A stretch of DNA of 64,000 bases, taken from IMG/VR virus record IMGVR_UViG_3300027793_000078, positions 1 to 64,000 of that record. One strand, given 5' to 3'. Both the position numbers and the translations under genes were made by a program. Positions within the stretch are counted from its first letter, which is position 1, and each line of letters begins with the position of its first letter. The stretch comes from a virus. This document shows, in pieces, positions 12,219 through 23,474 of the stretch. The notes under the pieces were generated by a model. That model had not been told where the DNA came from. It saw only the letters and a list, made by a program, of their open reading frames with translations, and ran no database searches.

Positions 12219-12296
12219 GTTATTTTTTCTTTCTACGTGTTTTAGTTTGTTTGATTGAGTGTCGATCACCATGACCGCCTCAATCGTTACGCCATT

Positions 12297-12325
12297 AAGC
12301 TACTCGCCTTAATCGACGAACGCAA
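12297..12325 (-). promoter_or_regulatory. sigma70-type promoter
   Basis: Minus strand TTGCGT-N17-TAGCTT upstream of the 12218 gene. Confidence 0.55.
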
Positions 12326-12376
12326 CACCTTTTTTCAGAAATCTTCATCGGCAAATGCAACGTCCATCGCGGCTAT

Positions 12377-12456
12377 TGCAGGATTGGTGCCAAGTCAAAG
12401 GGCAATTTCAGGTCTGGTGAATCTATAGATAGTATAGATAGCAGTCACCATGCCAA
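12377..12456 (-). promoter_or_regulatory. Two tandem sigma54 (-24/-12) promoter-like motifs
   Basis: Minus strand TTGGCACCAATCCTGCA (12377-12393) and TTGGCATGGTGACTGCT (12440-12456), both GG-N10-GC. Confidence 0.55.
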
Positions 12457-13141
12457 CTCCGGAAAAATTTTTGCTAAAAACTGATTGATTTTTTTCTGAA
12501 TGCGGAAATTAAAACCGGTTAAAAAATAATTTTCAAAAAAATGTCAATTTAAAAATGAAAAAAACTAAAACGTTAATTTGCAAGAATTTACAAATAATTT
12601 TTTTTTGCAAATATATAATTTATTAATTTATAAGAAATTAAATGATAATTGTATTTTTAACAATTATTATTAACATTTTTTTTGTTGTAGAAAGACTAAA
12701 AAACAACCAACATAAAACAGCGTAGAACGAAAATAAGATTAAATGAATGTAAATTTTACAGTGATGTGATAAAAAATGGACTAACAATTCATTTTAGTTG
12801 AATAATTTACAAATGTTCTAATTCATCATTTTCTTTTTCGTTGAACAAACAATCTGTAATTAAGATATATCCAAATATCATGTTGTGTAATATTATTGTA
12901 CCAAACAAAAAAGCAATGGGTAAATGCGATATGATGTCTGTCATATTTAGTTTAGTTTAGATTAATAAGTAATAACATACCACCATATATATAAAAAATA
13001 AAAATTATTAATTATAGATTTTTTTATGTTTTTAGAAAGTCTGTTATTAATTTTGCGTGTGGGGTGTATATTGAATTGGGGGCGGGGGCGTTAAATAAAT
13101 ACTCTCTATGGGTAGGGGATGTATATTTATTATTAACACTT

Positions 13142-14149
13142 ATGAAATATATAGATTATTACAAACATCTATTAATAGAAGATTTAAGAAGTGAAAGCGA
13201 TGAGTATTATTATCATATAACGCTTGCTCCATATCTTGAGACTATATTAGTTAAGGGACTACAAATCGGCAAAAAGGCTACTGTAAGTAATTACAGCGAA
13301 CATAGCCGTGGAAAAATCTTTTTGTGTGATATTGGTGTAGTTGACTGGTGGAAATATAATATTGAACAGCATGCGTTTCATCAATTTGATGATGAAAAAT
13401 TTCATGAAGTTGCCGTTGTTAAAATCAAGAAAGATAAACTGAAAAATGTATATGTAGATGAAATTGGTAGTGAAGACAGTAGAGGTAATTGTTATTATGT
13501 AACCAATGACATTCCTGCTAATTTTATTGAAATTCATGAAAAAGATGGGGCGGATAAAAATTTAACCGAATCGACATGGAGTGGATGGGGAAATATTACG
13601 AGTGTTGATAAAGAAGAATTTAAAGATATTTTGGTTAAGTACATGGAATATATAAATCGCGTATATAGTAAAGAATTGAGCAGTCAAAAAACATTACGTA
13701 TTAAAAAATTACTTGATGCAATAGATTCCACTGATTCAAAGGATGCATCTAAGATATTAGCTAGATTTGACATGGAAACAAGAATGAGCATAAGTGATTT
13801 CATTCCACTGAACAATAAAGGCGCAAACAAGGTATTTGACTTTCTTTATGAGAAATCAAAACAATATATTGAGCCTTTTCGGATTGTTGATTCTGATATT
13901 ACATTAAACAATGTCGCCAAATATAATAATAACAATATGGGAGATGTTAAAATATATGGTTTACAAGATCATAGACCGATTGTAGATTTTGGCAGCGGTA
14001 AATATACATTTGATGAAGAATTTATAAAAACTACAACAAATACCAATGAATTCTATCTGGATATTGGTCAAAACTGGAAAATAATCAATTTTAAAGACGT
14101 ATTACGCAAAATACATGCAGCAATAGATAATTATTATCGTACCCATTAA
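13142..14149 (+). CDS. Putative internal virion protein with N-terminal ADP-ribosyltransferase-like domain
   Basis: MKYIDYYKHLLIE leader; YYHITL...ILVKGL...IFLC...IPANFI ART/Tpt1-like pattern; TATTTAT upstream. Confidence 0.55.
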   Translation: MKYIDYYKHLLIEDLRSESDEYYYHITLAPYLETILVKGLQIGKKATVSNYSEHSRGKIFLCDIGVVDWWKYNIEQHAFHQFDDEKFHEVAVVKIKKDKLKNVYVDEIGSEDSRGNCYYVTNDIPANFIEIHEKDGADKNLTESTWSGWGNITSVDKEEFKDILVKYMEYINRVYSKELSSQKTLRIKKLLDAIDSTDSKDASKILARFDMETRMSISDFIPLNNKGANKVFDFLYEKSKQYIEPFRIVDSDITLNNVAKYNNNNMGDVKIYGLQDHRPIVDFGSGKYTFDEEFIKTTTNTNEFYLDIGQNWKIINFKDVLRKIHAAIDNYYRTH

Positions 14150-14154
14150 ATAAG

Positions 14155-16545
14155 ATGAAATATACCGATTATTATAATCACCTTGTAACCGAAGCATTTG
14201 GTGATGTGGAACGCGTAAAATGGAAACAACAAGTTCCTACATTGACTGATACTATCATAGACGATTATCTTGAAAAGTTTCAAGACATTCGTACTGCAAA
14301 ATATCGTTCGTCACAGGATGATATTGAAAACTTTAATATACCAAAAGGCAATGATAGATTCGACATTAGTAAATACAAGCAATGGAGTGATTTTGAAACA
14401 TTTATTGATTACGTAAGTGGTCAAGTTGATTTGGAAAAATCAAAAGGTCAAAAACTAAAAGACGTAGAGGTAACGGATTATAAACCGCTTGTTGATGAAA
14501 ACGGATTGCAAATTTATTATGCTGATACTCCCCGTGCTTGTATAGCATACAAAGGAAATGTACCTTATAGTTGGTGTGTAAGTCGAAGTACAACGAATCT
14601 TTATTACGCTTATCGTTATAGAAGTAATCAGCCGAGTTTTTATTTTGTTAAAGACATAGAGGCAACAAAAGAAGAATTATCAAAACCATTCACAGGCCGA
14701 TTTGACAATCCTTGGCACTTCTTTGTAATTCAAAAAACCAAAGATCAAACATATATTGTTAGTAGTGCCAATAATGATGGTGATGTGGAAATGACATGGA
14801 ATCAAATTTTGGAAATTCAACCAAAACTACATGGCATGGAGCATTATTTCAAACACGTACCATTAAAACGAAAAGAAGTATTAAAATATAAAGAATTAAA
14901 AGATTTAGGCGATCAAGGATTCGCAAAATTAAAATATTCAGACAAATCGCTGTATTTGGATATGTTTCCCGGCAATATTACAGATTTTAAATTTAAATAT
15001 TTGCCCGATGAATTAAAAAACAAATATATAGGATTTGGTATGGGATTGAGCGAAGATCAATACAATCAAATCAAAAATAATAAAAATTTATTAAAACGAT
15101 CTATTCAAATGATTGAACGTCGTATAGAATTATATTTTGATAATGATAGACTTCGCAATCTAAGTGACGGTGATTGGTGTGTATTTTTTGATACAGTTGA
15201 TGGGCAAAAAATATTGGAAAAATATATAGTAAAAGACACAGATTCACATAATAGATTCTTGTTGGAAATTCTACTAAGTAGATCAACTAAATTAAATAGA
15301 AACACAGACAAAATAATAGAAAATATCTTGTCTATAAAACCATATTTTCCAGCGTATGATATAAAGCAACTAATGCATTATTCATCTAATCCTGTGAATG
15401 TAGTAGAATTTATTGCACGCACAAACAAAGGAAAATTTGAATGGGCAACAGAAATGAATGATGTCATGTATCAGTTATTATTGACCAATTCAAAAAATTT
15501 CAGTGAGTTACTGGATGTGTTATTGAAATTGAATAAAAAAGAAAAAACTTCTAAAGATGCATCTTCAAAGTATAATTTACCTGAAAATTCTATTGTTTCA
15601 ATATTAAGAGCGTCTCCAGATTATAAACAAGCACTTGATATTTTTAAACAAAATGGATATTCTATTGATATAAGTGAAGATCAGGTGGATCGTTTAATAT
15701 ATGGACGCTCTAACACAATTTATAAGGATGGATCTGCGTTGATTCAACATTTAGGAGATAAGTTTACAGATAGAAGTATATATCATTTAGTATATTACAT
15801 TAAAAATGTACCCTCGACAACCGAACAAAAACAAAATTTAATTGAATTAATTATTTCAATCAAAACAAAGCTGAACGACGATTCGTTTCGTAGTTTAATT
15901 CATCTTTCACCATTCAAGGAAAAAACATTCTTGTTGATAACGTCAAACAATAAGTACGCTGGCGATGCTATTAAAGAATTACTGTTTTTAATTAGTCCTC
16001 GTCTATCTGAGCTAAATGAAAACGACAAATATACGATTGTTACTTTAATATGCAAATATGGCAAAGATACAATTACAGAAAGTCAAAAACGTATGTTAAT
16101 TGCGTCTTTATCAGATGTAGATACGGTCATCAAAGAAATGCAAAAATATGATATAACATTACCTGTATTAAGTGATCACACAATTCAATTTATATTAAGT
16201 GATTCAATTAGTCCCTTGAATTTTGCGTACTATTTGCAACGCAATAACATAACGTTTAACGTAAAGAAGACCGAAATACAACCATTAGTGATATATTCAA
16301 AAAATCCATTGGAATTTATAAGTGTTTTGCAAATGTTTAGTATTCCAATTATATTAAGCGACAGAGCAATGATTGGACTTTTAAATAAATACACAAATAA
16401 CCTCACATATGTTCGTTCATTGATTGCAAAACTTGTAGAAATATTTGGAAAACCGAGATTGTTAAATTTAAAAAAACTGAATGCTTCAATACGTAATATT
16501 GCTTGGGCGACTAATTGGTTTGGTCCAAAGGATTCAAAAATTTAA
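14155..16545 (+). CDS. Large putative internal virion protein (paralog of 16591)
   Basis: MKYTDYYNHLVTE leader; first ~330 aa highly similar to next gene (YSWC(V/I)SR, NPWHFFVIQKTKD). Confidence 0.7.
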   Translation: MKYTDYYNHLVTEAFGDVERVKWKQQVPTLTDTIIDDYLEKFQDIRTAKYRSSQDDIENFNIPKGNDRFDISKYKQWSDFETFIDYVSGQVDLEKSKGQKLKDVEVTDYKPLVDENGLQIYYADTPRACIAYKGNVPYSWCVSRSTTNLYYAYRYRSNQPSFYFVKDIEATKEELSKPFTGRFDNPWHFFVIQKTKDQTYIVSSANNDGDVEMTWNQILEIQPKLHGMEHYFKHVPLKRKEVLKYKELKDLGDQGFAKLKYSDKSLYLDMFPGNITDFKFKYLPDELKNKYIGFGMGLSEDQYNQIKNNKNLLKRSIQMIERRIELYFDNDRLRNLSDGDWCVFFDTVDGQKILEKYIVKDTDSHNRFLLEILLSRSTKLNRNTDKIIENILSIKPYFPAYDIKQLMHYSSNPVNVVEFIARTNKGKFEWATEMNDVMYQLLLTNSKNFSELLDVLLKLNKKEKTSKDASSKYNLPENSIVSILRASPDYKQALDIFKQNGYSIDISEDQVDRLIYGRSNTIYKDGSALIQHLGDKFTDRSIYHLVYYIKNVPSTTEQKQNLIELIISIKTKLNDDSFRSLIHLSPFKEKTFLLITSNNKYAGDAIKELLFLISPRLSELNENDKYTIVTLICKYGKDTITESQKRMLIASLSDVDTVIKEMQKYDITLPVLSDHTIQFILSDSISPLNFAYYLQRNNITFNVKKTEIQPLVIYSKNPLEFISVLQMFSIPIILSDRAMIGLLNKYTNNLTYVRSLIAKLVEIFGKPRLLNLKKLNASIRNIAWATNWFGPKDSKI

Positions 16546-16590
16546 AATGATTACATTTATGTCTACCAAATAAATATTTATAAACGAGAT

Positions 16591-19425
16591 ATGAATTACA
16601 CTGAATATTACAAGCATCTGATGAACGAGGCACTTGGTGATGTAGAAAGAATAAAGTGGAAACAACAGGTTCCAACTTTAACTAATAACATTATCAACAG
16701 CTATATTGAAAAATTTGATACAATACGTAAAACTCGTCCATCTGCCGCACAACATGATATAGACGACTTTAATATAGCAAAGGGTAATGATCGATATGAT
16801 ATTAGTAAATATAATAATTGGAAAGACTTTGAAGCATTTGTCGATTATGTAAATGGTCAAATTGATTTGGAAAAATCCAAAGGAAAGAAATTCACTGATA
16901 TTAAAGTTGATGGCAAGCCGCTTGTTGAGAAAAATGGGTTGGAAATATACTATGCGATGGATAAACATGCTTGTATTAGATACAAAGGCGATAAACCTTA
17001 TAGCTGGTGCATAAGTCGAAGTGACTCAAGCAACATGTATAACACATATCGTTATAAATATAATGAACCTAGTTTCTATTTTGTAAAAGATATTGAAGCA
17101 ACACAAAAAGAGTTTGAACATGGATTTGATGGAACATTTAAAAATCCGTGGCATTTCTTTGTAATCCAAAAAACTAAAGATGGAGATTATATTGTTACAA
17201 ATGCTGACAACAACGGAGACGCAACAATGTCATGGAATCACATTTTAAGAATTCAGCCAAAATTAAATGGAATGGAAGAATATTTTGTAAATGTGCCGTT
17301 GTCTGATATTGAAAAACAAAACTATGAACGGTTCATAGATGGATTGAGTGATCGAGAATTTGCAAAATTAAATTACAAAGAAAAAGAATCATATTTGGAT
17401 ATTGCTATTCCAAATAATGAATTAACGGATTTTAAATTTAAATCTCTGCCGGATGATTTAAAAAATAAATATATTGGATTTGGAATAAGAATTACACCGG
17501 GTCAATATGAAATAATCAAAAAAAATAAGTCTTTACTCAAAAGACTAACTGAAATATCTATTAGAAGATTCGAATTGTATAAACAAAATCAACTATATTT
17601 ATGGGATTTGAGTGATATTGACTTTAAAGCGATTGCAGCATCACCAAATGCTGCACGAATTTTACAATTTAAAACCGACGATGATTTTTTTAGATTTATA
17701 AAAATGTTTGGTGCTGACTTAGATGAAGTAATAAAGTTACTTGGACTTGATACATTAACCACCTTATTCAAACGATACCCACAAAAAGCATTTGAGTTAT
17801 ATGATGATCTCGAAATAACAAAACAAATTGTTCAAATATTGGGTGAACATATGAAATTTGTTTCTATTAAAGCTCCGGAGGGGTATTCATCTAGTAATTA
17901 TGGACCTACGTATCGTAATTTTTATACTGATAATGTAAATAATCTTATATCGGTAATCGACTTGATTTTAAAATATCGTGATAAATTGAGTATAACAGAG
18001 TGTGATTATATTTTAAGAAATCATATGTATGGCTTTGATACAGATGACGAAAACACCATCAGCAACAAAATTTTTGAACTGTATAAACAAGGTAAAATTG
18101 AACATGCCAATGAAGTTCCTCTTGGATTGAACAAAGAATATGTTGCCGATCTTTTAGCATGGATATTAATGACAAACAAAAATCCTGAAAAAATTTTTGA
18201 TTATGTAGATTTTTCAATTTGGCAACATTTAACACAGAATACATTAAAGATGTTGTTTAAAAGCCAAAATAAAATAATACACAAGAAACTTGCACCAATT
18301 TTTAAAGATTCTTTAAAAATAGGGCCACTTATGTACGATTTTATAATGACTGTGGTAAGAGGTGACAGAAATAAAATTCTTAATTTTGTACAAAAAATGG
18401 GAGGAGTTGAAAACATAAGAAATCGTATGCCAGAATATGGAATTTCAACTATTTTATACAACACACCAACAATAAATTTGCCACTAATCGCGTCATTGAT
18501 TCCAAAAAAACTTATTGAAAAATTAACTGGATACGATATTAGATCAATTATTAAAAGTTCACTTGGTGAACCTAATAAATTCAACGACAAAAGTTCAAAT
18601 GTCAGACTACCATTATTATTCAAAATTATAGGTGCGACGGCAATAACAAATGCAATGAAAGGATCTGAATTGTATTTTTTATTAAGCGAAGTTGTTAAAA
18701 GCTATTCACCATCTGTTGTTGACAAAAATTCTATTGATAATTTTTGCGAATTGATAATTAAAACAAAGGGAAATGAACTAGAAAGCGGTAAACTGTTAAA
18801 CGAGGTAGAAGCAATATTGACATTTTCAAATAATATTAAACGAATGTTTGATTTAATCGATAAAGAAAAAATTGATAATTTGAATAACGAAAGTGTTTAT
18901 AGTTTATTAAAACATAGTTTTTTTGAGAAAAATTTTAGCAAAAACATAGAACTTTTGGAATTATTGGGAGCAAATAATGTATCAAAAGCATTAGAAGTTT
19001 TCGACGCATCATACAATGCATATTATGATAATTCATATGATTTTTTTTCAAGTGCATCAAGAAAGCCGCCATTGTTTGAATATTTGATAAAACAGTTAGT
19101 TGCATCAGGTAGAAATATGAACAGTGCCATAATAGGTAATATAATTAGTTGTACCATGAGTGTTGATCTTGAAAAAATAGGAAATATATTGGGTGCGGAA
19201 AAAATTTCATTATTAAGTGATCATATAATTGGATATAACATGTCGAAACGATCAGATAAAGATTCATTAATTACTTTACTTATTAAATCTTTTGATAAGC
19301 AAAAATTAATAGATTTGATGATAACAAGTGTCGGAAAAAACTGGGAATCTCAAGTATCAAAACAAACATATCAAATGCTAACCGGCGTGACGGAACATTT
19401 ATTATACAAAAATTACTATTTATAA
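16591..19425 (+). CDS. Large putative internal virion protein (paralog of 14155)
   Basis: MNYTEYYKHLMNE leader; shared N-domain; divergent helical C-terminal region. Confidence 0.7.
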   Translation: MNYTEYYKHLMNEALGDVERIKWKQQVPTLTNNIINSYIEKFDTIRKTRPSAAQHDIDDFNIAKGNDRYDISKYNNWKDFEAFVDYVNGQIDLEKSKGKKFTDIKVDGKPLVEKNGLEIYYAMDKHACIRYKGDKPYSWCISRSDSSNMYNTYRYKYNEPSFYFVKDIEATQKEFEHGFDGTFKNPWHFFVIQKTKDGDYIVTNADNNGDATMSWNHILRIQPKLNGMEEYFVNVPLSDIEKQNYERFIDGLSDREFAKLNYKEKESYLDIAIPNNELTDFKFKSLPDDLKNKYIGFGIRITPGQYEIIKKNKSLLKRLTEISIRRFELYKQNQLYLWDLSDIDFKAIAASPNAARILQFKTDDDFFRFIKMFGADLDEVIKLLGLDTLTTLFKRYPQKAFELYDDLEITKQIVQILGEHMKFVSIKAPEGYSSSNYGPTYRNFYTDNVNNLISVIDLILKYRDKLSITECDYILRNHMYGFDTDDENTISNKIFELYKQGKIEHANEVPLGLNKEYVADLLAWILMTNKNPEKIFDYVDFSIWQHLTQNTLKMLFKSQNKIIHKKLAPIFKDSLKIGPLMYDFIMTVVRGDRNKILNFVQKMGGVENIRNRMPEYGISTILYNTPTINLPLIASLIPKKLIEKLTGYDIRSIIKSSLGEPNKFNDKSSNVRLPLLFKIIGATAITNAMKGSELYFLLSEVVKSYSPSVVDKNSIDNFCELIIKTKGNELESGKLLNEVEAILTFSNNIKRMFDLIDKEKIDNLNNESVYSLLKHSFFEKNFSKNIELLELLGANNVSKALEVFDASYNAYYDNSYDFFSSASRKPPLFEYLIKQLVASGRNMNSAIIGNIISCTMSVDLEKIGNILGAEKISLLSDHIIGYNMSKRSDKDSLITLLIKSFDKQKLIDLMITSVGKNWESQVSKQTYQMLTGVTEHLLYKNYYL

Positions 19426-19433
19426 GATAAAAA

Positions 19434-19991
19434 ATGAAATATACAGATTATTATAAACATTTATTATTTGAGTCTTTAGTTGATAAAAAAATTATAGATG
19501 TTCCTAAAGAACCGGGAACAGTTCCTATTCCGAGTAATCATCTTAGATTGTATCATTATACCGACGCAAGCAATGATGAACTTGAAAGAGATGGTTTATT
19601 GATTTCCAAAGCGAAAGGACATATGTATGGAGAGCCAGATTTTGTTTGGGCTTCATTGAAGCAACCCGGTAATTACAAAAAATATGTAGAATTTAGTGTA
19701 CCTATTGATGATCCTAGATTCAGCATGTGGGGTTCTAAACCAGATGCTTATAGAGGTGCTGAGTTTTATTCAGGTAAAAGCAATGATTTTACATTTCAAG
19801 GTGATATAAAACCAAATGAATTCATTGCAATACATGAACCGTGGCATCATCACTATAGATATATTGTAAATGAAAAGCCAAGCATAGTACAAAACGTATT
19901 AGATGGCGAGTATGATTATTTATTGCAAAAAAAATCAACTCCTGATGAAGCACAAGCGATCAATGCAATTAAAATAAACTATGGTAATTAA
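19434..19991 (+). CDS. Putative internal virion protein, ART-like fold
   Basis: MKYTDYYKHLLFE leader; LRLYHYT...DGL...VWAS...GDIKP pattern. Confidence 0.5.
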   Translation: MKYTDYYKHLLFESLVDKKIIDVPKEPGTVPIPSNHLRLYHYTDASNDELERDGLLISKAKGHMYGEPDFVWASLKQPGNYKKYVEFSVPIDDPRFSMWGSKPDAYRGAEFYSGKSNDFTFQGDIKPNEFIAIHEPWHHHYRYIVNEKPSIVQNVLDGEYDYLLQKKSTPDEAQAINAIKINYGN

Positions 19992-19994
19992 AAT

Positions 19995-20561
19995 ATGAAA
20001 TACACTGATTTTTATACAAATTTATTAAATGAAGATACTCCAGACATTGAATTAACTGGGAAAACGGTGACGGCAAATAATGTACCTTTAAAAAATTTAG
20101 ATTTAGCTGCCGTGGAAAAAAACATTGTTATGTTTAGAATGCCACATTCAAATTCATTTTTTGGAGAAGGTTACACGCTGATATATTTTATGGATAGTGA
20201 ACAATCAGCACAGGACATGATAAACAACAAGATACCATATTTAACGGTTCCTAGAGGAACATTTACCAGCGGCGGCAGCCCAATAACTGATATTTGGAAA
20301 AATCGTTTTCAGAAACCCGGAACAGAACACATTTTAGGCGTAATAGAAGGATGGACAAATAAAGATAAAATTTATATTGATATGATTACAGTCCGTCCCA
20401 AATATCGACGAAATACCATTGCTCAAAAAATGATAGCTATCATAAGAAAATCATTTCCAAATGCAAAAATAAGTTATTCACATGCCACTCCAGCAGGATC
20501 TAAGTTTTTTACGTCATATCAAAAAAACATTCCACCCGAACAATGGCAGGGAGAAAAATAA
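19995..20561 (+). CDS. Putative internal virion GNAT acetyltransferase
   Basis: MKYTDFYTNLLNE leader; IDMITVRPKYRRNTIA acetyl-CoA motif A; ATPAGSKFF. Confidence 0.65.
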   Translation: MKYTDFYTNLLNEDTPDIELTGKTVTANNVPLKNLDLAAVEKNIVMFRMPHSNSFFGEGYTLIYFMDSEQSAQDMINNKIPYLTVPRGTFTSGGSPITDIWKNRFQKPGTEHILGVIEGWTNKDKIYIDMITVRPKYRRNTIAQKMIAIIRKSFPNAKISYSHATPAGSKFFTSYQKNIPPEQWQGEK

Positions 20562-20753
20562 ATGCATAACTATACGCCTAGTGAAGAAAGATATATTGTT
20601 GCAGTTGGTCATCATAGATTATTATGGATTGGACAATATTTTGGAAAATGGATGGCTAATTAAACGATTATAATAACAATTAATGGTTATAATATTTCTA
20701 TTTATAATTAATTTAAAATAAGTTATATCATTTAAATGTAATATTTATATTGT

Positions 20754-21296
20754 ATGAAAAAAGAAACACTTGTCAGTTTGATAAAAGAATGCATTCAAGA
20801 AATTTTGAATGAAAATAATTTGGCCGCTAAAACTTTTTCCTATAATCGACATAATTTGTTAAAGGAATTAGAAGAATCCAGCAAATGTAAATGTGGAAGC
20901 GGATTAGACAGTGACTGGAAATTAGATAGTCGTGGTATTCCATTAGCAAAAGTATGTCCAGAATGTGAAGTTAATACACTAAAAGGATTTCGTAGAGATG
21001 TTCTATTGGACCCAAACTATAAAAAAAATAAATCAATTGACCAAGATATTGATGAATCAACGATGTCATACAGTCAACTCGTTCAACGTTTCGCGGCAGA
21101 ATCAAAAAAGAAATATAAAAACGCTGACATAAATAAAGTATATCTTTATTGCATCAAAAATCCAAATGCTACAATTCTTCATTTAGAAAAAGATCCTGTA
21201 CTTAATGATCCTACCGAATTTAATGACGATACAAGATACGCTATTTACTATGTATTTGGTAAATTAGGCCGAGAAAAAATGCACCACATCGTATGA
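20754..21296 (+). CDS. Putative internal virion protein with Zn-ribbon
   Basis: LIKECIQEILNE leader; CKCGSG...CPEC; TATTTAT 5 nt before ATG. Confidence 0.55.
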   Translation: MKKETLVSLIKECIQEILNENNLAAKTFSYNRHNLLKELEESSKCKCGSGLDSDWKLDSRGIPLAKVCPECEVNTLKGFRRDVLLDPNYKKNKSIDQDIDESTMSYSQLVQRFAAESKKKYKNADINKVYLYCIKNPNATILHLEKDPVLNDPTEFNDDTRYAIYYVFGKLGREKMHHIV

Positions 21297-22301
21297 TGTA
21301 AGAAATTAAATATATAGTAGTTGCAGAATATAATAAATTGACGTGATTATCATTTTGTGTTAGATTGTCGTAGTATGAACACAAAAAAAGACACTACAAT
21401 CAAAGCTACTACTGTAATACACGTTACATTACAAGATCAAAACTTCACACTTTCTCAAGCAGATGCATATCATCTTTATTATGCATTGGCGACTGCATTG
21501 GGAATATATCCGCATTATTATTCAGGTACTATAAATACACCATTTACTTCGCAGAATAATAGCGGTACTCCATTGCCACAACCCGCATTTATGACCAGTG
21601 AGGGAACACCTATTAATCTTGTCGCAAATATTACTGGACCTAAATAATATGTTTACAAATACAACTATAATTTTGTCTGGATTCACAAACAACATCACAT
21701 CACAAAATAATGAAATTTCCGTATTGAGAAACAATCAACCTGATATTTGGGTTGCAATACTAATTACTATTGGCCTATTGATATTGGTCAAATTTATGTT
21801 TAGTATTGAATACCGTAAATATCAGTCTAGAAAATATCTACGTATGAACGAAAATCTATTATCAGAAGAAAAATTGAAAATTATGTATTCAAACATTCGT
21901 GCAAAATACAACGACAGACAATTGGAATTTCCATTTGTAAAAGAAATTGATGATGCTTATGTAGCTGCCCGATATAATCTCAATGCACATGAGTAAAAGA
22001 GTATTTTTCTTTCATTACAACAAACCTGCAAGTCGCAGTGCCAATGCACCTAAAATGACTGTTCATTACAAAGGTGTATGTCACATTGTAGATCATATTA
22101 TTTGCAGCGTAAGCGTTCATACACATCATAATAAACGACAGCCGCATGTTGTTTTAAAAGGAAAAGCCAATAATATAGTGTTTATTGAAGATGTTCCATC
22201 CAAAGAAACGACAGCACTAATAACGTAAAAGTTGCGTTTATCATCTATTATGATTGAAATATTCCCGATTATATCCATTTTCGGGAATATTTATTTTAAA
22301 T

Positions 22302-23402
22302 ATGATAACATACAAACAACTTGCAGAAGCAATTCTTTTAGAAAATAATAATTTTCGAGGCGAGTATTGGATACAAGATGGATACGTTCAATTTGCTGAT
22401 GGTGATGTTGGTGATTTAAATCATGAAGCGATTGTTATACAAAGTGCCGCCAGTCAAGTTCTGTCGCACATAGGTATAGATGCAGATGAACCATATATAC
22501 CAGATATGGATGATGAAATTTATGAAGCCATACAAAATGATCTGCCTGAAGAAATACAAACACAATACGTAGACGGGGAAATATCAGCAAAAGATTGTTT
22601 AAAGTATTATGGCAAACATGTATTACAAAATGCAAAATTTGATGAATTGGTTGATGCTGCATATGATCGTATTGATGTAAGACGTTTTGCAATGCGTGAA
22701 TGGGGATGGAAAGCTATTCGTGGAAACAACGTAGACACATGGAATTTAACATCCGAAGATTTGAAAAAAATAAGTTCTGGATTAAGTGATGCTTATGACG
22801 CAGAAATTACTCAATATGAACAAAATAACAAATCAGTTGATGAAAATGGATTTGCCGGACCATATTTTAATATTGAAGTGTATAGTGTAGGTGACTATTA
22901 TAGTGATGTTCCATTTTCACTAATTGAAAGCAAAAATGTGGCATCGTTGCGTCCTTATAAAACGATTAACAGAGGAGAACGTATTACAGAATCAAATGGA
23001 CTCGTCGGACGAGTTGAATTGCCAAGCAAAAAAAATAAAATAGACGATTCATTACGACAGGAATTAAATGATTTGAGTAAAAAGTACGAAGAAAATTTGG
23101 ATTCAAGAGCATACGGATATGTAGATCACATTAAATTAGACGCATTAGTGGCTAAAAAAACAGCGCCTGTTGGAACTGGGTCTGCATACATGAATGAGTT
23201 ATGTCGTATCGCAGACAAATATCAACGAATCATCGTATTGTATACAGCTACAAGAGGATATGGCGGCGGAAATGGTTTTAAAAAAACAACCAGCACTGAT
23301 CGAATAAAAAGATTTTATCAACGATTTGGATTTGTCAGTAATTATAGTAACCCCGATTATAACCCGGATTTAGGTGGTAATATGCACCGCAATCCAAAAT
23401 AA
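22302..23402 (+). CDS. Putative internal virion protein with C-terminal GNAT domain
   Basis: MITYKQLAEAILLE leader; PVGTGSAYMNELCRIAD...RFYQRFGF. Confidence 0.6.
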   Translation: MITYKQLAEAILLENNNFRGEYWIQDGYVQFADGDVGDLNHEAIVIQSAASQVLSHIGIDADEPYIPDMDDEIYEAIQNDLPEEIQTQYVDGEISAKDCLKYYGKHVLQNAKFDELVDAAYDRIDVRRFAMREWGWKAIRGNNVDTWNLTSEDLKKISSGLSDAYDAEITQYEQNNKSVDENGFAGPYFNIEVYSVGDYYSDVPFSLIESKNVASLRPYKTINRGERITESNGLVGRVELPSKKNKIDDSLRQELNDLSKKYEENLDSRAYGYVDHIKLDALVAKKTAPVGTGSAYMNELCRIADKYQRIIVLYTATRGYGGGNGFKKTTSTDRIKRFYQRFGFVSNYSNPDYNPDLGGNMHRNPK

Positions 23403-23474
23403 AACAATTTAAAAAATTATTATATGTTGTTTATAACTGATGATTTGATATACTTATGAGTATATAACTACGTT

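Noticed and set aside
11560-12258. Plus-strand ORFs 11560-11790, 11817-12245 and 11908-12258
   Set aside because: Antisense shadows of the GC-rich minus-strand gene; promoters, terminator and codon bias favour the minus strand.
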